Notes: a model not told the origin generated them from the sequence alone. Positions 29,579-40,289 are shown, counted from the first letter of the stretch. The stretch: DNA of 64,000 nt from a bacterium (GCA_963675755.2 CAXXMD010000002.1:1760001-1824000), one strand, 5' to 3'. Made by a program: numbers and translations.

Positions 29579-31018
29579 ATGTTATTTAATTCTGTGCAGT
29601 TTATTATATTTTTTCCACTTTCGGTGGTAATCTATTTCATTACGCCTGCCAAATATAGGTGGACCGTTTTATTGACGGCCAGCTATTATTTTTACATGTC
29701 CTGGCGTCCTGAATATGCTATACTCATCCTTGGCTCAACGATTATAGATTATTTCGCTGCGCTCAAGATGAGTAAATATCCGGATAAAAAAAAGCGAACG
29801 CCCATTTTACTATTTAGCTTGTTCACTAATCTGGGATTATTGTTTACATTTAAATATTTTAATTTCTTTAGTGAATCATTTTACCATATCTTGAAGCTTT
29901 ATAGCCACAATGCTACACCGTTTGAACTCAATGTACTGCTGCCGGTTGGTATTTCTTTTTATACATTTCAAACGCTGAGTTATACGATTGATGTCTATCG
30001 TGGAGACCGCGAGCCTGAACGTCATTTTGGGATATTTGCGGTGTATGTATCTTTCTTTCCCCAATTGGTCGCCGGCCCCATCGAACGGTCCACAACACTG
30101 TTACCCCAGTTTCACAAAACGTTTGAACCTCAATACGACAATATGAAATACGGCTTGCAGCTTGCTGCATGGGGTATGTTTAAAAAAGTGGTCATTGCAG
30201 ATCGATTGGCACTTTTTGTAAACCAGGCCTACTCCCTGCCCAACAATTACACAGGGTTTGACACTTTACTGGCAACCTATTTTTTCGCTTTTCAAATTTA
30301 TTGTGACTTTTCAGGCTATTCGGATATTGCAATTGGTGTTGCTCGTGTTTTCGGTTACAAGTTTATGAAGAATTTTGACCGCCCCTATTTCTCGCAGTCT
30401 ATTCATGAATTCTGGAAACGCTGGCATATTTCACTATCCAGCTGGTTTCGGGACTATTTGTACATACCGCTGGGTGGCAACCGGGTTTCAAAAAACAGAC
30501 TGCATTTCAACACAATGGCTGTCTTTTTAACAAGTGGGTTGTGGCATGGCGCCAACTGGACATTTGTGGTGTGGGGTGGTTTGCATGGAATATTTTTAAT
30601 CTTTGAAAAATGGAGCCAAAAAACCAGGGGAAAAATATATGCACTCACCGGAATTAACAAAATTTCTCGTTTGCAGCAATTTATCAATATCATAATTACT
30701 TTTCACCTGGTCTTGTTTTCATGGGTATTCTTTAGAGCCCAATCCCTTGGCTTTGTATTTATGATTTTTAAAAAAATTGCCAAATCAATTATTTACTTTA
30801 ATCCCAACAAGTTGTTTGCGCATCCTATAAGCCCGATTTATTTCTTTGTTATCTTTTTACTCATCATTGTGGAAATTTTACAAAGCCATTATCGGTTGCG
30901 TGAAACCATTGCCAGATTCCCGGCATGGCTTCGCTGGACAATCTATTATGTTGGTTTGTTTTCTTTATATTACCTGGGTGAATTTAACGAACAGGAATTT
31001 ATCTATTTCCAATTTTAA
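29579..31018 (+). CDS. MBOAT O-acyltransferase (AlgI/PatA/DltB family), copy 2
   Basis: 479 aa, same length and near-identical core motifs as 24090..25529. Confidence 0.93.
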   Translation: MLFNSVQFIIFFPLSVVIYFITPAKYRWTVLLTASYYFYMSWRPEYAILILGSTIIDYFAALKMSKYPDKKKRTPILLFSLFTNLGLLFTFKYFNFFSESFYHILKLYSHNATPFELNVLLPVGISFYTFQTLSYTIDVYRGDREPERHFGIFAVYVSFFPQLVAGPIERSTTLLPQFHKTFEPQYDNMKYGLQLAAWGMFKKVVIADRLALFVNQAYSLPNNYTGFDTLLATYFFAFQIYCDFSGYSDIAIGVARVFGYKFMKNFDRPYFSQSIHEFWKRWHISLSSWFRDYLYIPLGGNRVSKNRLHFNTMAVFLTSGLWHGANWTFVVWGGLHGIFLIFEKWSQKTRGKIYALTGINKISRLQQFINIIITFHLVLFSWVFFRAQSLGFVFMIFKKIAKSIIYFNPNKLFAHPISPIYFFVIFLLIIVEILQSHYRLRETIARFPAWLRWTIYYVGLFSLYYLGEFNEQEFIYFQF

Positions 31019-31021
31019 ATT

Positions 31022-32050
31022 ATGAAAATAATATTCATTAAACTTTGCTGCTTTATACCCATAATTGCAATCATAATCACACCTGTTATTATGGTAGATC
31101 CTTTACATCTGTTTGGACGTAGCCATGGATTAAATACAGAGTGTTTTTATGACCAACGGTTAATTAAAACAAATATACTTCAATATGAAAATCCTGATTA
31201 TAATGCCATCATCATTGGCAGCAGCCGGATCCGGTATATGGGGAGCATGCAAATTGGCAAATATAAAATTCTAAATTTGGGTTTGGAAGGCTTGGGACTT
31301 GAAGACTTTTCGGGTTTTGTGGAACTTGCCAGAGAAAAAGCACCGGATTCACTGGAATGTGTTATTGTTGCCCTGGATATGTTTGGTGTTAATAAAAACC
31401 GTAAAAGTAGAAATCAATTCAAAAGTACAGATGAGTACCTGTTTGATTCTCAAGATTTTTCCTACCTTGCTAAACTCATGATCAGTCCAAACAGTTTTAA
31501 ATACAGCTATAAATATCTATCTGACTATATCTTCAATGGGGAAAATGCAATCAAATCATGGTCTGAGTTGAATGTACCTGAACCCCCAAACAAAAAATGG
31601 CACCTCAAACGTATTAACAATGCATATGCCGGTTGGGAGTTTGATGAAAAAAATATATCCATTCTAGAAAATATAAAAACCTCTTTTGAGGACCATCGAT
31701 TAATCGTTATTGTGAATCCGGTTTCTGCGGAATTATTACAAATCATTCAAAACCAGAATCGCATCCCCGATTTTTTCAACTGGATGCAAATGCTTTCCCA
31801 AACACTGGATGGATACTATAATTTCATGGATATTACTCCATTAACAACAAGCCCACAAAACTGGCGCGATATAAGCCATACCCATCCCGATACGATGAAA
31901 CAACAAATCCGGTCAATTGTCTTAAACACAACCAACAATCCCAATTTCACCTATATCACCAGCCAAAATGCTGACAGTATATTAACTTGCATACAAAACA
32001 GAATAGATCAATTTGATTTCTCACAAAAAGATTTTCAAATAGATTATTAA
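31022..32050 (+). CDS. SGNH-like periplasmic acyltransferase partner, copy 2
   Basis: IIIGSSR and WRDISH motifs; paralog of 25539..26594. Confidence 0.7.
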   Translation: MKIIFIKLCCFIPIIAIIITPVIMVDPLHLFGRSHGLNTECFYDQRLIKTNILQYENPDYNAIIIGSSRIRYMGSMQIGKYKILNLGLEGLGLEDFSGFVELAREKAPDSLECVIVALDMFGVNKNRKSRNQFKSTDEYLFDSQDFSYLAKLMISPNSFKYSYKYLSDYIFNGENAIKSWSELNVPEPPNKKWHLKRINNAYAGWEFDEKNISILENIKTSFEDHRLIVIVNPVSAELLQIIQNQNRIPDFFNWMQMLSQTLDGYYNFMDITPLTTSPQNWRDISHTHPDTMKQQIRSIVLNTTNNPNFTYITSQNADSILTCIQNRIDQFDFSQKDFQIDY

Positions 32051-32127
32051 TTATTCCACCTGTTTTGCAATCTAAAACTAGTAATCAAGGGACTTGATTC
32101 AGACAGGATTTCATTATATAGACTAAT

Positions 32128-32170
32128 AAAAAGAGGCCCGAACGATAATCGTCCGGACCTCTTTTTTTTT
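32128..32170. terminator. Bidirectional terminator
   Basis: A-tract, GAGG...CCTC stem and T-tract between convergent genes. Confidence 0.7.
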
Positions 32171-32190
32171 GGAGTGTAATTGGGTATTTA

Positions 32191-32580
32191 TTACAGGGAT
32201 TCTATAACATTTTTCAATTTCTGTTGTATTGTGGTAGCCACCTCTGCAAGGGTTTCATTTTGAACTGCCTGCATAGACGCTGCCGGGTCAACAGCAGTAA
32301 CTTCGGTCTTGCCGCCATCTGCATCCTGTACGATTACATTACAGGGCAGCATGGTTCCAATCATTCTCTCGGCTTGCAGCGCTTTATAAGCATTCGGCGG
32401 ATTACAAGCACCCAGAATCTTGTAATTTCGAAAATCTACATCCAGTTTCTTTTTCAAAGTGGCTTGTACATCAATTTCAGTTAAAACACCAAAGCCTTCG
32501 GTTTTCAACTGTTCGGTTACATATTCTACTGCCTCATCAAAAGGCTTGTCAATTACTTTAGTATAATAATAACTCATCAT
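32191..32580 (-). CDS. DUF302 family protein
   Basis: GFGVLTEIDVQATLKKKL...YKILGACNP...LPCNV signature. Confidence 0.88.
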   Translation of the reverse strand: MMSYYYTKVIDKPFDEAVEYVTEQLKTEGFGVLTEIDVQATLKKKLDVDFRNYKILGACNPPNAYKALQAERMIGTMLPCNVIVQDADGGKTEVTAVDPAASMQAVQNETLAEVATTIQQKLKNVIESL

Positions 32581-32699
32581 GTTCTCCCAAAATTATTTCA
32601 TCCGGTAATCATACCGGATTTGTTACCTCTATAAATTGGATGCAGCAAAGGGAGAAATGTTTCAGAAAGATTTGGGGAAAGAGGATAAAATCACAAAAA

Positions 32700-32901
32700 T
32701 CACATGGAAAAATCCAGGATTTTATAATAATTCAACACTCGCAAAGCCCGCAGTGTATTCCAGCGACTTGACTTGCCTCCCTGTTCCATATCAAAATGTG
32801 TTTGTCCGGGATGTTTTGCCTGCAACGGCCAGGTACCTTCAGCCTTGCGTTTTTTCAGCAATACCGTCATCCAATATCCATGTAATTAACTCGGAATTCA
32901 T
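32700..32901 (-). pseudogene. Internally deleted remnant of a conserved hypothetical (prenyltransferase/cyclase-like helical) gene
   Basis: Manual translation: ATG 32901 gives MNSELITWILDD, which joins out of frame to VLLKKRKAEGTWPLQAKHPGQTHFDMEQGGKSSRWNTLRALRVLNYY, stop at 32700. Family assignment is from memory. Confidence 0.6.
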
Positions 32902-33593
32902 TTAATACTCCCCCTGGCATTCATGATGAATTATTTACAAAGGTAATGGGTGAAATTCAAGAGAAAAGTTGATATTGTCTAAATTGAGATGATAAGAATT
33001 TTAGGGTAATAGGATTTTCAATCGGTCTATCGACTAAATAACGAGATAAAATTACCAAATGTAAAATTTTGAGATTACAACATCCAACAAACTTTTAACT
33101 CTAAAAAAAATAATTCTTACCAACTTTACTGACTTTCGCCACTGGTCGGAGGACAACAAGCACATAAAAGGGTGTTCTCCTGAAAAAGTAGGACTGAAAG
33201 GATTGCATGAATCGTGCAAAGAAAAATATAAAAATTTGTTATTTTTTTAAAAAAAACTTGACTTTCTACAAAAAAAATATTAACTAAAATTAGTTTAATA
33301 TATTAAATTACCAAACGATTCACACGGGGATGTGCTGCGCTAGGTGAACTTTTTCATTGAAATATTACAAATTTCTGAAAAAATTTGATACTCGTAGATT
33401 TTAACCATTATCATTTATTTAAGTCATTACACAAAAAGGCTTAAATACATTTACAATTCTTCAAACTAAGAAATTATCTATGAATAATCTATTTTTTTTA
33501 TATAACATGAATCGATCACCGCCCTATTTATTTAATAATAATTCACAAGATTTATACATTTAAAAATTCATAACTTTTTTTAAGGGGAAAAAC

Positions 33594-36176
33594 ATGCAAT
33601 TGAAAACCAATCTAAACAAAACAGTCGTCTTATTCTCTTTCATATTTATGTTTTATACAATTGTAATTGAAGCTCAGGTGATGGAATATTTTACCAAAAC
33701 TTATAATTCCAACAACCAGAAAAATGAAAATTTCAATTTAATTCAGTCAAAAGTTATAATATTAGATAATAAAATTTCCAAAATATTTGATTTTAAAATA
33801 GAAACAACTGGAATTTATTATCTGAATGCATTTGGCCTAGGTGCAAAAATTGAAAATAACTATTCAAATTTTGATATTTTTTTAGATAAAAGTTCAAATC
33901 CAATTGGAATTATTAACTTCACTAATACAGGATGGCAAAACAAGTCTTTATATAATGATGATAACAAGGAATTAGTTTCAATAAAACTTGATGCAGGAAT
34001 CCATTCTATCACTTTTACAACACAAACTCCATATGTACCGATGATTGAAAACATCAATTTATCTCAAAACCCTGATGATTTCAATTTTGATCAAAATAAT
34101 TATAATAAATTTCTTACAACTTTAGAAAACAAAAAATTACCTGATAACTATAATGACTTAAAAAAACATAATGAATTAGGCAAGATAAATACCTTATGGG
34201 AGCACTTTGAATATAGATGGTTATTAGATATGGATTATAATTATACATTTCGTAATTTATTTTATCTTACTAGCGGTCAGAATGTTACATTTGAAACTAT
34301 CAATGACGATCCAAATAGCTCAGACCCAGTAATGTATTTATACAATAGAACAGATCCTGAATTGTATGGTTCATGGTTTGATGATGATGGAGGTTCAGGT
34401 TACCAATCAAAAATCACCTGCACAATCACACACACTGGATTTTATATTTTATTAGTTCGTGCATATTATTCGGAATATCCAGGGACTTCTGATTTACAAT
34501 TTGGTTCCTACTATGCCTCCAATATTCCAATTGCTGGGGCAAAAGCATCATCTTCATTACAAAAATCAGGGGAATTAAATTATTTTACAAGTCAAATTGG
34601 TAATGGAGATACTTATTTATGCTTAGTGGGACCTTCTGGGACAGTACAATGTTATAATGATGACTATTCTGGTACCGGAAATTTTGATTGGGGCGATGCT
34701 TCTAGAATTAAGAAAAATTTTAGTTCTGGTCAATGCCCTAATACAGTTATAGTATCAAGCCCAACTCCATTATCTCCAACAGGGACATGTGATCTATATG
34801 TAAAATGTAGTAATAGCACCCTTATGACAGATTTTTTGAATTATTTTCCCAATTATGATACTGATGATGCAATTGAATCTTATAATGGTCAGTACAATAC
34901 TGTTTATAATTGTGCTTCATGGGTTGGAGGTATAATTGATGAAGTAGAATGGCCTCCCGAGGTTGGTTCTCCCTGGAGAGATCCCACTAGTGATTATCAC
35001 TCTTTTTGTAACTATTTAGAAAACGAGCCCTCTCGTTATGTTGGAGCTAAAACTTTTACACCACCAAATCCATTTGGCAATCCTTCTGAAGATAGTGAAG
35101 TTGATTTATGGGCATTTGGAGAAAATTACACACATTTATCAATCAAAAAAATTCACGGAAGTGCAGTTCAAAATCCACATGGTTATGATTGGGAAAGTAA
35201 AGCTGGCCATGCATCAAATTCAGCCAGAGTTTTTCATCCTAGAAATGCACTTTCGGGTGCTAGTTACGGTTATGTTACTGATTATTTTAGATGGAATGGA
35301 ACTTACTCTTCATCATCTAAAGCTAAAGAACATTTGACAAAATCTTACAATAGAGCTTTAACTTTTGAAGAATCAGTAAAATCAGGGCTAACAAAAAGAG
35401 AAATTATTGAATTCAATGAATCTGAGAAAAAATCATTATTAATAATGACAAATCAAATACCACAAGAAGTAATTAACAATTTCAATTTAACATATACAAA
35501 ATGGCGTAAAACCTGGGATTTACCCCCTCTTTGTTTTCAAAGTAATCCCAAAATGTTTGCACAATCAAAGGAATACTCTGAAATAAAACACCTTTGTGAA
35601 AAAAAAGGAACTTTACTCTGGCCGCTATTAATCAATAAATTTGAAACAGGTGACTTTAATGTTATAAATCTATTAAGAGATCTTATTTATGAATATAATC
35701 AATCAGTAATGGATAGTATAGTAATTGAAAGTAGAAAAGAACAATTTACTAAAGATGGTATTTATATTGCGCCTAGCATTAAATCAAATTGGATGAAATT
35801 TTTCAAGAAATTGTTAGCAATTCCACAAAATGAGTGGGGTTTTTCATCTAATCCAGAAGAAAAAAAATACTCGACAGATAATTCAGTTAATACAGATAGC
35901 ATGTTTATTGCTTTTAACTATCCAAATCCTTTTAATCCAACAACTCAAATTAATTATTATTTACCAGAAGCAAATTCTGTTTCTATAAAAATTTATGATA
36001 TTCTTGGTAAAGAAGTTGTAACTCTTGAGGATAATTGTATAAAACAAAATGGATGGCATAATATAGTTTGGAATGGCAAGTCTCAATATGGACAATCAGT
36101 ATCAGTTGGAACATATTTTGTCTTTTTATCTACTCCCAATGATTCAAAAGTAATTAAAATATCACTAATCAAATAA
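33594..36176 (+). CDS. Multidomain secreted protein with putative papain-like Cys/His domain and T9SS/FlgD-like CTD
   Basis: Signal peptide; DPVMYL...DDDGG (pre-peptidase-like) modules; YNCASW...THLS...WESKAG; C-terminal NYPNPFNPTT. Confidence 0.7.
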   Translation: MQLKTNLNKTVVLFSFIFMFYTIVIEAQVMEYFTKTYNSNNQKNENFNLIQSKVIILDNKISKIFDFKIETTGIYYLNAFGLGAKIENNYSNFDIFLDKSSNPIGIINFTNTGWQNKSLYNDDNKELVSIKLDAGIHSITFTTQTPYVPMIENINLSQNPDDFNFDQNNYNKFLTTLENKKLPDNYNDLKKHNELGKINTLWEHFEYRWLLDMDYNYTFRNLFYLTSGQNVTFETINDDPNSSDPVMYLYNRTDPELYGSWFDDDGGSGYQSKITCTITHTGFYILLVRAYYSEYPGTSDLQFGSYYASNIPIAGAKASSSLQKSGELNYFTSQIGNGDTYLCLVGPSGTVQCYNDDYSGTGNFDWGDASRIKKNFSSGQCPNTVIVSSPTPLSPTGTCDLYVKCSNSTLMTDFLNYFPNYDTDDAIESYNGQYNTVYNCASWVGGIIDEVEWPPEVGSPWRDPTSDYHSFCNYLENEPSRYVGAKTFTPPNPFGNPSEDSEVDLWAFGENYTHLSIKKIHGSAVQNPHGYDWESKAGHASNSARVFHPRNALSGASYGYVTDYFRWNGTYSSSSKAKEHLTKSYNRALTFEESVKSGLTKREIIEFNESEKKSLLIMTNQIPQEVINNFNLTYTKWRKTWDLPPLCFQSNPKMFAQSKEYSEIKHLCEKKGTLLWPLLINKFETGDFNVINLLRDLIYEYNQSVMDSIVIESRKEQFTKDGIYIAPSIKSNWMKFFKKLLAIPQNEWGFSSNPEEKKYSTDNSVNTDSMFIAFNYPNPFNPTTQINYYLPEANSVSIKIYDILGKEVVTLEDNCIKQNGWHNIVWNGKSQYGQSVSVGTYFVFLSTPNDSKVIKISLIK

Positions 36177-36183
36177 ATCAATT

Positions 36184-36213
36184 CAGGCTTTTTAGAAAAC
36201 TCTAAAAAGCCTG
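36184..36213 (+). terminator. Intergenic hairpin (terminator or mRNA stability element)
   Basis: CAGGCTTTTTAGA-AAAC-TCTAAAAAGCCTG perfect stem. Confidence 0.6.
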
Positions 36214-36241
36214 TTACAAATTAATTATCAGGTTCCTTAAA

Positions 36242-38488
36242 ATGCAAGCAAAAAATAAATTATTAATTTCAATTATAATTATCCTAAATTCATTTTGTTT
36301 AACAAATGCCAATAATATTGAATGGAAGAATTTTACTAATTATACAGAAATCACTGATATTCTTGATGATAATACAAATTTATGGATAGCAACAATTAAT
36401 GGTTTGATAAAATTTAATAAAAAAACAGAAGAAATTTCATACTTGAATAGAACCAACAGCAACTTACCAGAAAATAAAATCCTTTCTTTAGGCAAAGACA
36501 GATCAGAAAACATTTGGATAGGGACAGAACATTCTGGTGTTGCAAAATATAATGGTACAAACTGGCAAACTTTTAACAAAAGTAATTCCGAGCTAGCCAG
36601 TAATCAATTAAACAAAGAAATTGCAATCAAAAATTCAGGGGAAGTTTATATTGGCTCTGCATATTATTTATCTATATATGATGGTAGTAATTGGGCCAAC
36701 TTGGAAGCTATAACAAGTCCTTTAAGTAATCTTGTTATTAATAGTATTAAATTTGATCGAGATGGAAATGCATGGTTAGGTGCATCTTGGGGTTTAAGTA
36801 ATTTTGATGGTTCGGCATTTACTCAATACGACCAGTTTAATTGTTATATAAATACATTAGCTATAGATAATAAAAATAATATTTGGATAGGTACAAAAAC
36901 AAAGGGGCTGATAAAATTTAATCATTTTAACAATACATGGACAAATTATGATACAACAAATTCTGGAATACCTAGTAATCATATTTGTTCTATAAAAATT
37001 GATTCAAAAAATCAAATATGGGTTGCTACAGAAAAAGGATTATCTGTTTATTTCAACTCGAATTGGACTAACTATAATTCAAATAATTCAGAATTGCCTA
37101 CAAACAATTATATTAATGTTATTGAAATTGATCAAAATGATACCATTTGGATAGGTTTATGGAAAAATGGTCTTATAAAATTTGATGGTAAAAGCTGGAA
37201 ACGTTACAATCTATCCCAATCACCAATGTCCATAAACTCTATATATGCCATTGAAAAAGATAAAAAAGGTAATATCTACATAGGTGGGTATGAAGGCCTT
37301 GTCTATTATAATGGCAGTGACTGGGAAAACTTGAATGACGTATTTGGCTTCACGAACCAATCTGTTTTAGCTATAAAAGAGGACAATCAGGGCGATATGT
37401 GGTTCGGCTTAAATACAAGTAACTGTTTGTACCATTCTGACGGTGATAGTTGGATAGCATATGATTCAACAAACATACCTTTAACATTATCAAAAAGCCA
37501 TATAAACACTCTTGAAATTGATAACGTAAACGATCTTTGGGTAGGAACAAATTCTAGCGGACTATATCATTTCAATAATGATAATTGGGAATCTTTAAAT
37601 ATTAATAATACACCATTACCAAGTAATATTATTTCAGCAATAGCGATTGATTGTACAGGAGTTCTGTGGGTAGGTACTTTAAGCAATTACTTTTTTTCCA
37701 ATGGAGAACCTGTTATTTGGGAAGGTGGGCTCGCCAAAAAAAATGATAAAAATTGGATAATATATAATAAAACAAACTCGGGGTTACCATTTAATAGTAT
37801 TTCTGATTTAGAATTTGATTCAAATGGTGTATTATGGGCAGCTCCCCGTGATGATGACAATATTGTTGGAGGCAATAAAGGTGGTGGACTGGTACAGTAT
37901 GACGGCAAAGACTGGAAGTGTTATAATATGTCTAATTCACCACTAACAAGTAATACAATCTTTGATATTTTTATTGATTCACAGGATAATCTTTGGCTTG
38001 GCACATATAACGGTGGTTTGATAAATTTTGATAAAAATAATTTATGGTCTATTTATAATACATCCAATTCAGGTATTACTTCTAATACAGTAAATTGTAT
38101 TTGTGAGGATGATTTAGGTCATTTCTGGTTAGGTCACCCATTTGAAGGTGTATCTATCTACCGCAAAGGTGGTATTATGCTAGATTCTACTAAAAATTTA
38201 AGCAATCCAATTGATTTTGAATTATTACAAAATTATCCAAACCCTTTCAACGAATCTACTATTATACCTTTTATCGTCTACAACTCGACAAAGCTCACAA
38301 TTGAAGTTTATAATATATTAGGGCAACGGGTATCAAGTATCATTTGTAAAGATTATCTACCAGGGAAATTTGAAATAAGATGGAATGGGAGAAATTCTTT
38401 TAACCAGAAATTACCAAGCGGTATTTATATGTATATCCTAAAAAACAATGAACAATATATATCAAAAAAGATGCTACTCATTCATTAA
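36242..38488 (+). CDS. Beta-propeller repeat secreted protein with T9SS/FlgD-like CTD
   Basis: Repeated NS.LPSN.I..I.ID....IWIGT..GL units; C-terminal LLQNYPNPFN...SGIYMY...KKMLLIH. Confidence 0.85.
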   Translation: MQAKNKLLISIIIILNSFCLTNANNIEWKNFTNYTEITDILDDNTNLWIATINGLIKFNKKTEEISYLNRTNSNLPENKILSLGKDRSENIWIGTEHSGVAKYNGTNWQTFNKSNSELASNQLNKEIAIKNSGEVYIGSAYYLSIYDGSNWANLEAITSPLSNLVINSIKFDRDGNAWLGASWGLSNFDGSAFTQYDQFNCYINTLAIDNKNNIWIGTKTKGLIKFNHFNNTWTNYDTTNSGIPSNHICSIKIDSKNQIWVATEKGLSVYFNSNWTNYNSNNSELPTNNYINVIEIDQNDTIWIGLWKNGLIKFDGKSWKRYNLSQSPMSINSIYAIEKDKKGNIYIGGYEGLVYYNGSDWENLNDVFGFTNQSVLAIKEDNQGDMWFGLNTSNCLYHSDGDSWIAYDSTNIPLTLSKSHINTLEIDNVNDLWVGTNSSGLYHFNNDNWESLNINNTPLPSNIISAIAIDCTGVLWVGTLSNYFFSNGEPVIWEGGLAKKNDKNWIIYNKTNSGLPFNSISDLEFDSNGVLWAAPRDDDNIVGGNKGGGLVQYDGKDWKCYNMSNSPLTSNTIFDIFIDSQDNLWLGTYNGGLINFDKNNLWSIYNTSNSGITSNTVNCICEDDLGHFWLGHPFEGVSIYRKGGIMLDSTKNLSNPIDFELLQNYPNPFNESTIIPFIVYNSTKLTIEVYNILGQRVSSIICKDYLPGKFEIRWNGRNSFNQKLPSGIYMYILKNNEQYISKKMLLIH

Positions 38489-38704
38489 TTACAAACTTGA
38501 TAAAAATCATTTTTACATAAAACATATAATCATTTCGATTTATAGACCCTTTTTAAATGTTTCAATATGTTATTCATTTTTAATTTTAAAATATCAATAG
38601 GGTATAAATCCGAGTTGCTCTCTAATTTAAATTGTATATACTAAGAAATCTATATATAAGATTTCCCCAAATTTTTCCATTCTTTAAATTTATTTCAATT
38701 GTAT

Positions 38705-38767
38705 TTACCCCTGGTACTGAATAGAGATATCGCCACCCAAGAGCCAGTTGATTAATTCTGAATTCAT
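38705..38767 (-). pseudogene. Truncated 5' fragment of the same hypothetical gene as 32700-32901
   Basis: Translates MNSELINWLLGGDISIQYQG*, with a GAGGGAG RBS inside the direct repeat. Confidence 0.6.
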
Positions 38768-38846
38768 TTAATACTCCCTCTGGCATTCATGATATATTAT
38801 TTACAAAGGTAATGGGTGAAATTCAAGGGAAAATTAATCTTTCTCC

Positions 38847-38872
38847 TGAAACCTCCGGCCAATTTTAACGTA
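38847..38872 (+). promoter_or_regulatory. ECF-sigma-type promoter upstream of the M16 peptidase pair
   Basis: TGAAAC-N16-CGTA, an exact match to the B. subtilis SigW-type consensus. Confidence 0.55.
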
Positions 38873-38966
38873 TGAAATTTATTACCCCGGCGTATGGAAT
38901 GACAGTCCAAATTTTGTTGTTCCATAATTCATATCAAATCGACCTCAACCCATGCATGGAGGATGT

Positions 38967-40289
38967 ATGAAGCTTTTGAAAACTCTTCTGCTTGTATTGC
39001 TGACGGTTTCCGCTGTTACCGCAATGACGCAGGAAAAAGACATTCAAACCTTTACTCTGGACAATGGAATGAAATTCATTGTTCTGGAAGATCACGACAT
39101 TCCAAACGCAACATTTTATATCTTTTGGAAAGTTGGGTCACGTAACGAGGTGCCGGGCATTACCGGATTGTCCCACTTTTTTGAGCACATGATGTTTCTG
39201 GGCTCTGAAAATTACGGTCCCGGTGAATTTGACCGCGTCATGGAAGCCAACGGCGGCGCCAACAATGCCTATACCACCGAAGATGTAACGGTGTATATGG
39301 AGTGGTTTCCCGCCCAGGCGCTCGAAACCATATTCACGCTTGAAAGCGATCGTGTTGGCAAGCTCGAATTCAATGACGAACGTATTGAAAGTGAACGCGC
39401 GGTTGTAACATCCGAGCGCGTAACCCGACTCGAAAACAGCAATTTTTCGCGATTAAACAGCACAGTCAAACCCACAGCCATGAGCGCGCATCCCTACAGA
39501 TGGCCGGTCATTGGTCACCAGTCTGACATTCGCAATTGGAAAAAATCGGACCTGCAAAACTATTTTAAAACCTATTACGCTCCCAACAATGGCGTAGCTG
39601 TTGTAGTTGGCGATCTGGATCTGGAAAAAGTTAAGAAATTGGCACAGGAATACTTTGGTCCCATACCGGCTCAGGAACCCGCTCGTCCCATTCATACGGT
39701 TGAACCTGAACAAAACGGTGAGAAACGTGTGATTGAGCACAAACAGGTCTCTACTCCCAACCTGATGATGGTGCATCATGTTCCCAATGCAAAACATGAG
39801 GATTATTACGCGTTGGACATGCTGCAGGCTATATTGTCGGATGGTCGTTCATCCCGACTGTACAGCAGCCTTGTGGACCAACAGCAAAAGGCAGTTGAAA
39901 TTTTCAGCTATTATCCCACTTCGTTTGATCCCTTTCTGTTTTATATTTATGGTGTCTGTAATCAGGATGTGTCAGAATCCGAGTTGGAAACAGCTATCCT
40001 TGACGAGCTCGAAAAGATCAAGACTAATGGTGTAACCGAACAGGAACTGCAAAAAATCAAAAACCGTAAACTGGTTACATTCTATAAAAACATGGCAACC
40101 ATTGACGGTAAAGCCTCTACCATTGGAGATTACGAGATTTATTTCGGGGACTATAAAAAACTGTTTAGCGCACCCGAAGCCTATCAGGCAGTGACCGTCG
40201 ACGATATCAAACGTGTTGCCAATACCTATTTCACCAAAAGTAACCGTACCGTGGGCATTTTAATACCGGCAGAGGAGGACCAGTTATGA
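38967..40289 (+). CDS. M16 (pitrilysin-family) zinc peptidase, catalytic subunit
   Basis: HFFEH inverted zincin motif, NAYT; signal peptide; ATG after GGAGG. Confidence 0.92.
   Translation: MKLLKTLLLVLLTVSAVTAMTQEKDIQTFTLDNGMKFIVLEDHDIPNATFYIFWKVGSRNEVPGITGLSHFFEHMMFLGSENYGPGEFDRVMEANGGANNAYTTEDVTVYMEWFPAQALETIFTLESDRVGKLEFNDERIESERAVVTSERVTRLENSNFSRLNSTVKPTAMSAHPYRWPVIGHQSDIRNWKKSDLQNYFKTYYAPNNGVAVVVGDLDLEKVKKLAQEYFGPIPAQEPARPIHTVEPEQNGEKRVIEHKQVSTPNLMMVHHVPNAKHEDYYALDMLQAILSDGRSSRLYSSLVDQQQKAVEIFSYYPTSFDPFLFYIYGVCNQDVSESELETAILDELEKIKTNGVTEQELQKIKNRKLVTFYKNMATIDGKASTIGDYEIYFGDYKKLFSAPEAYQAVTVDDIKRVANTYFTKSNRTVGILIPAEEDQL

Larger units (their letters stand above)
32894..38833. mobile_element. 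AT-rich genomic island bounded by ~74-bp direct repeats
   Basis: GAATTCATTTAATACTCCC.CTGGCATTCATGAT..ATTATTTACAAAGGTAATGGGTGAAATTCAAG.GAAAA at 32894-32967 and 38760-38833. The interior is visibly more AT-rich than the flanks; no integrase seen. Confidence 0.7.

Noticed and set aside
32636-32905. 89-aa plus-strand ORF
   Set aside because: Antisense to the recognisable minus-strand gene remnant.
33130-33370. GC-richer patches in the island leader as a possible riboswitch or ncRNA
   Set aside because: No recognisable aptamer consensus or convincing stem set by eye; an Rfam search would be needed.
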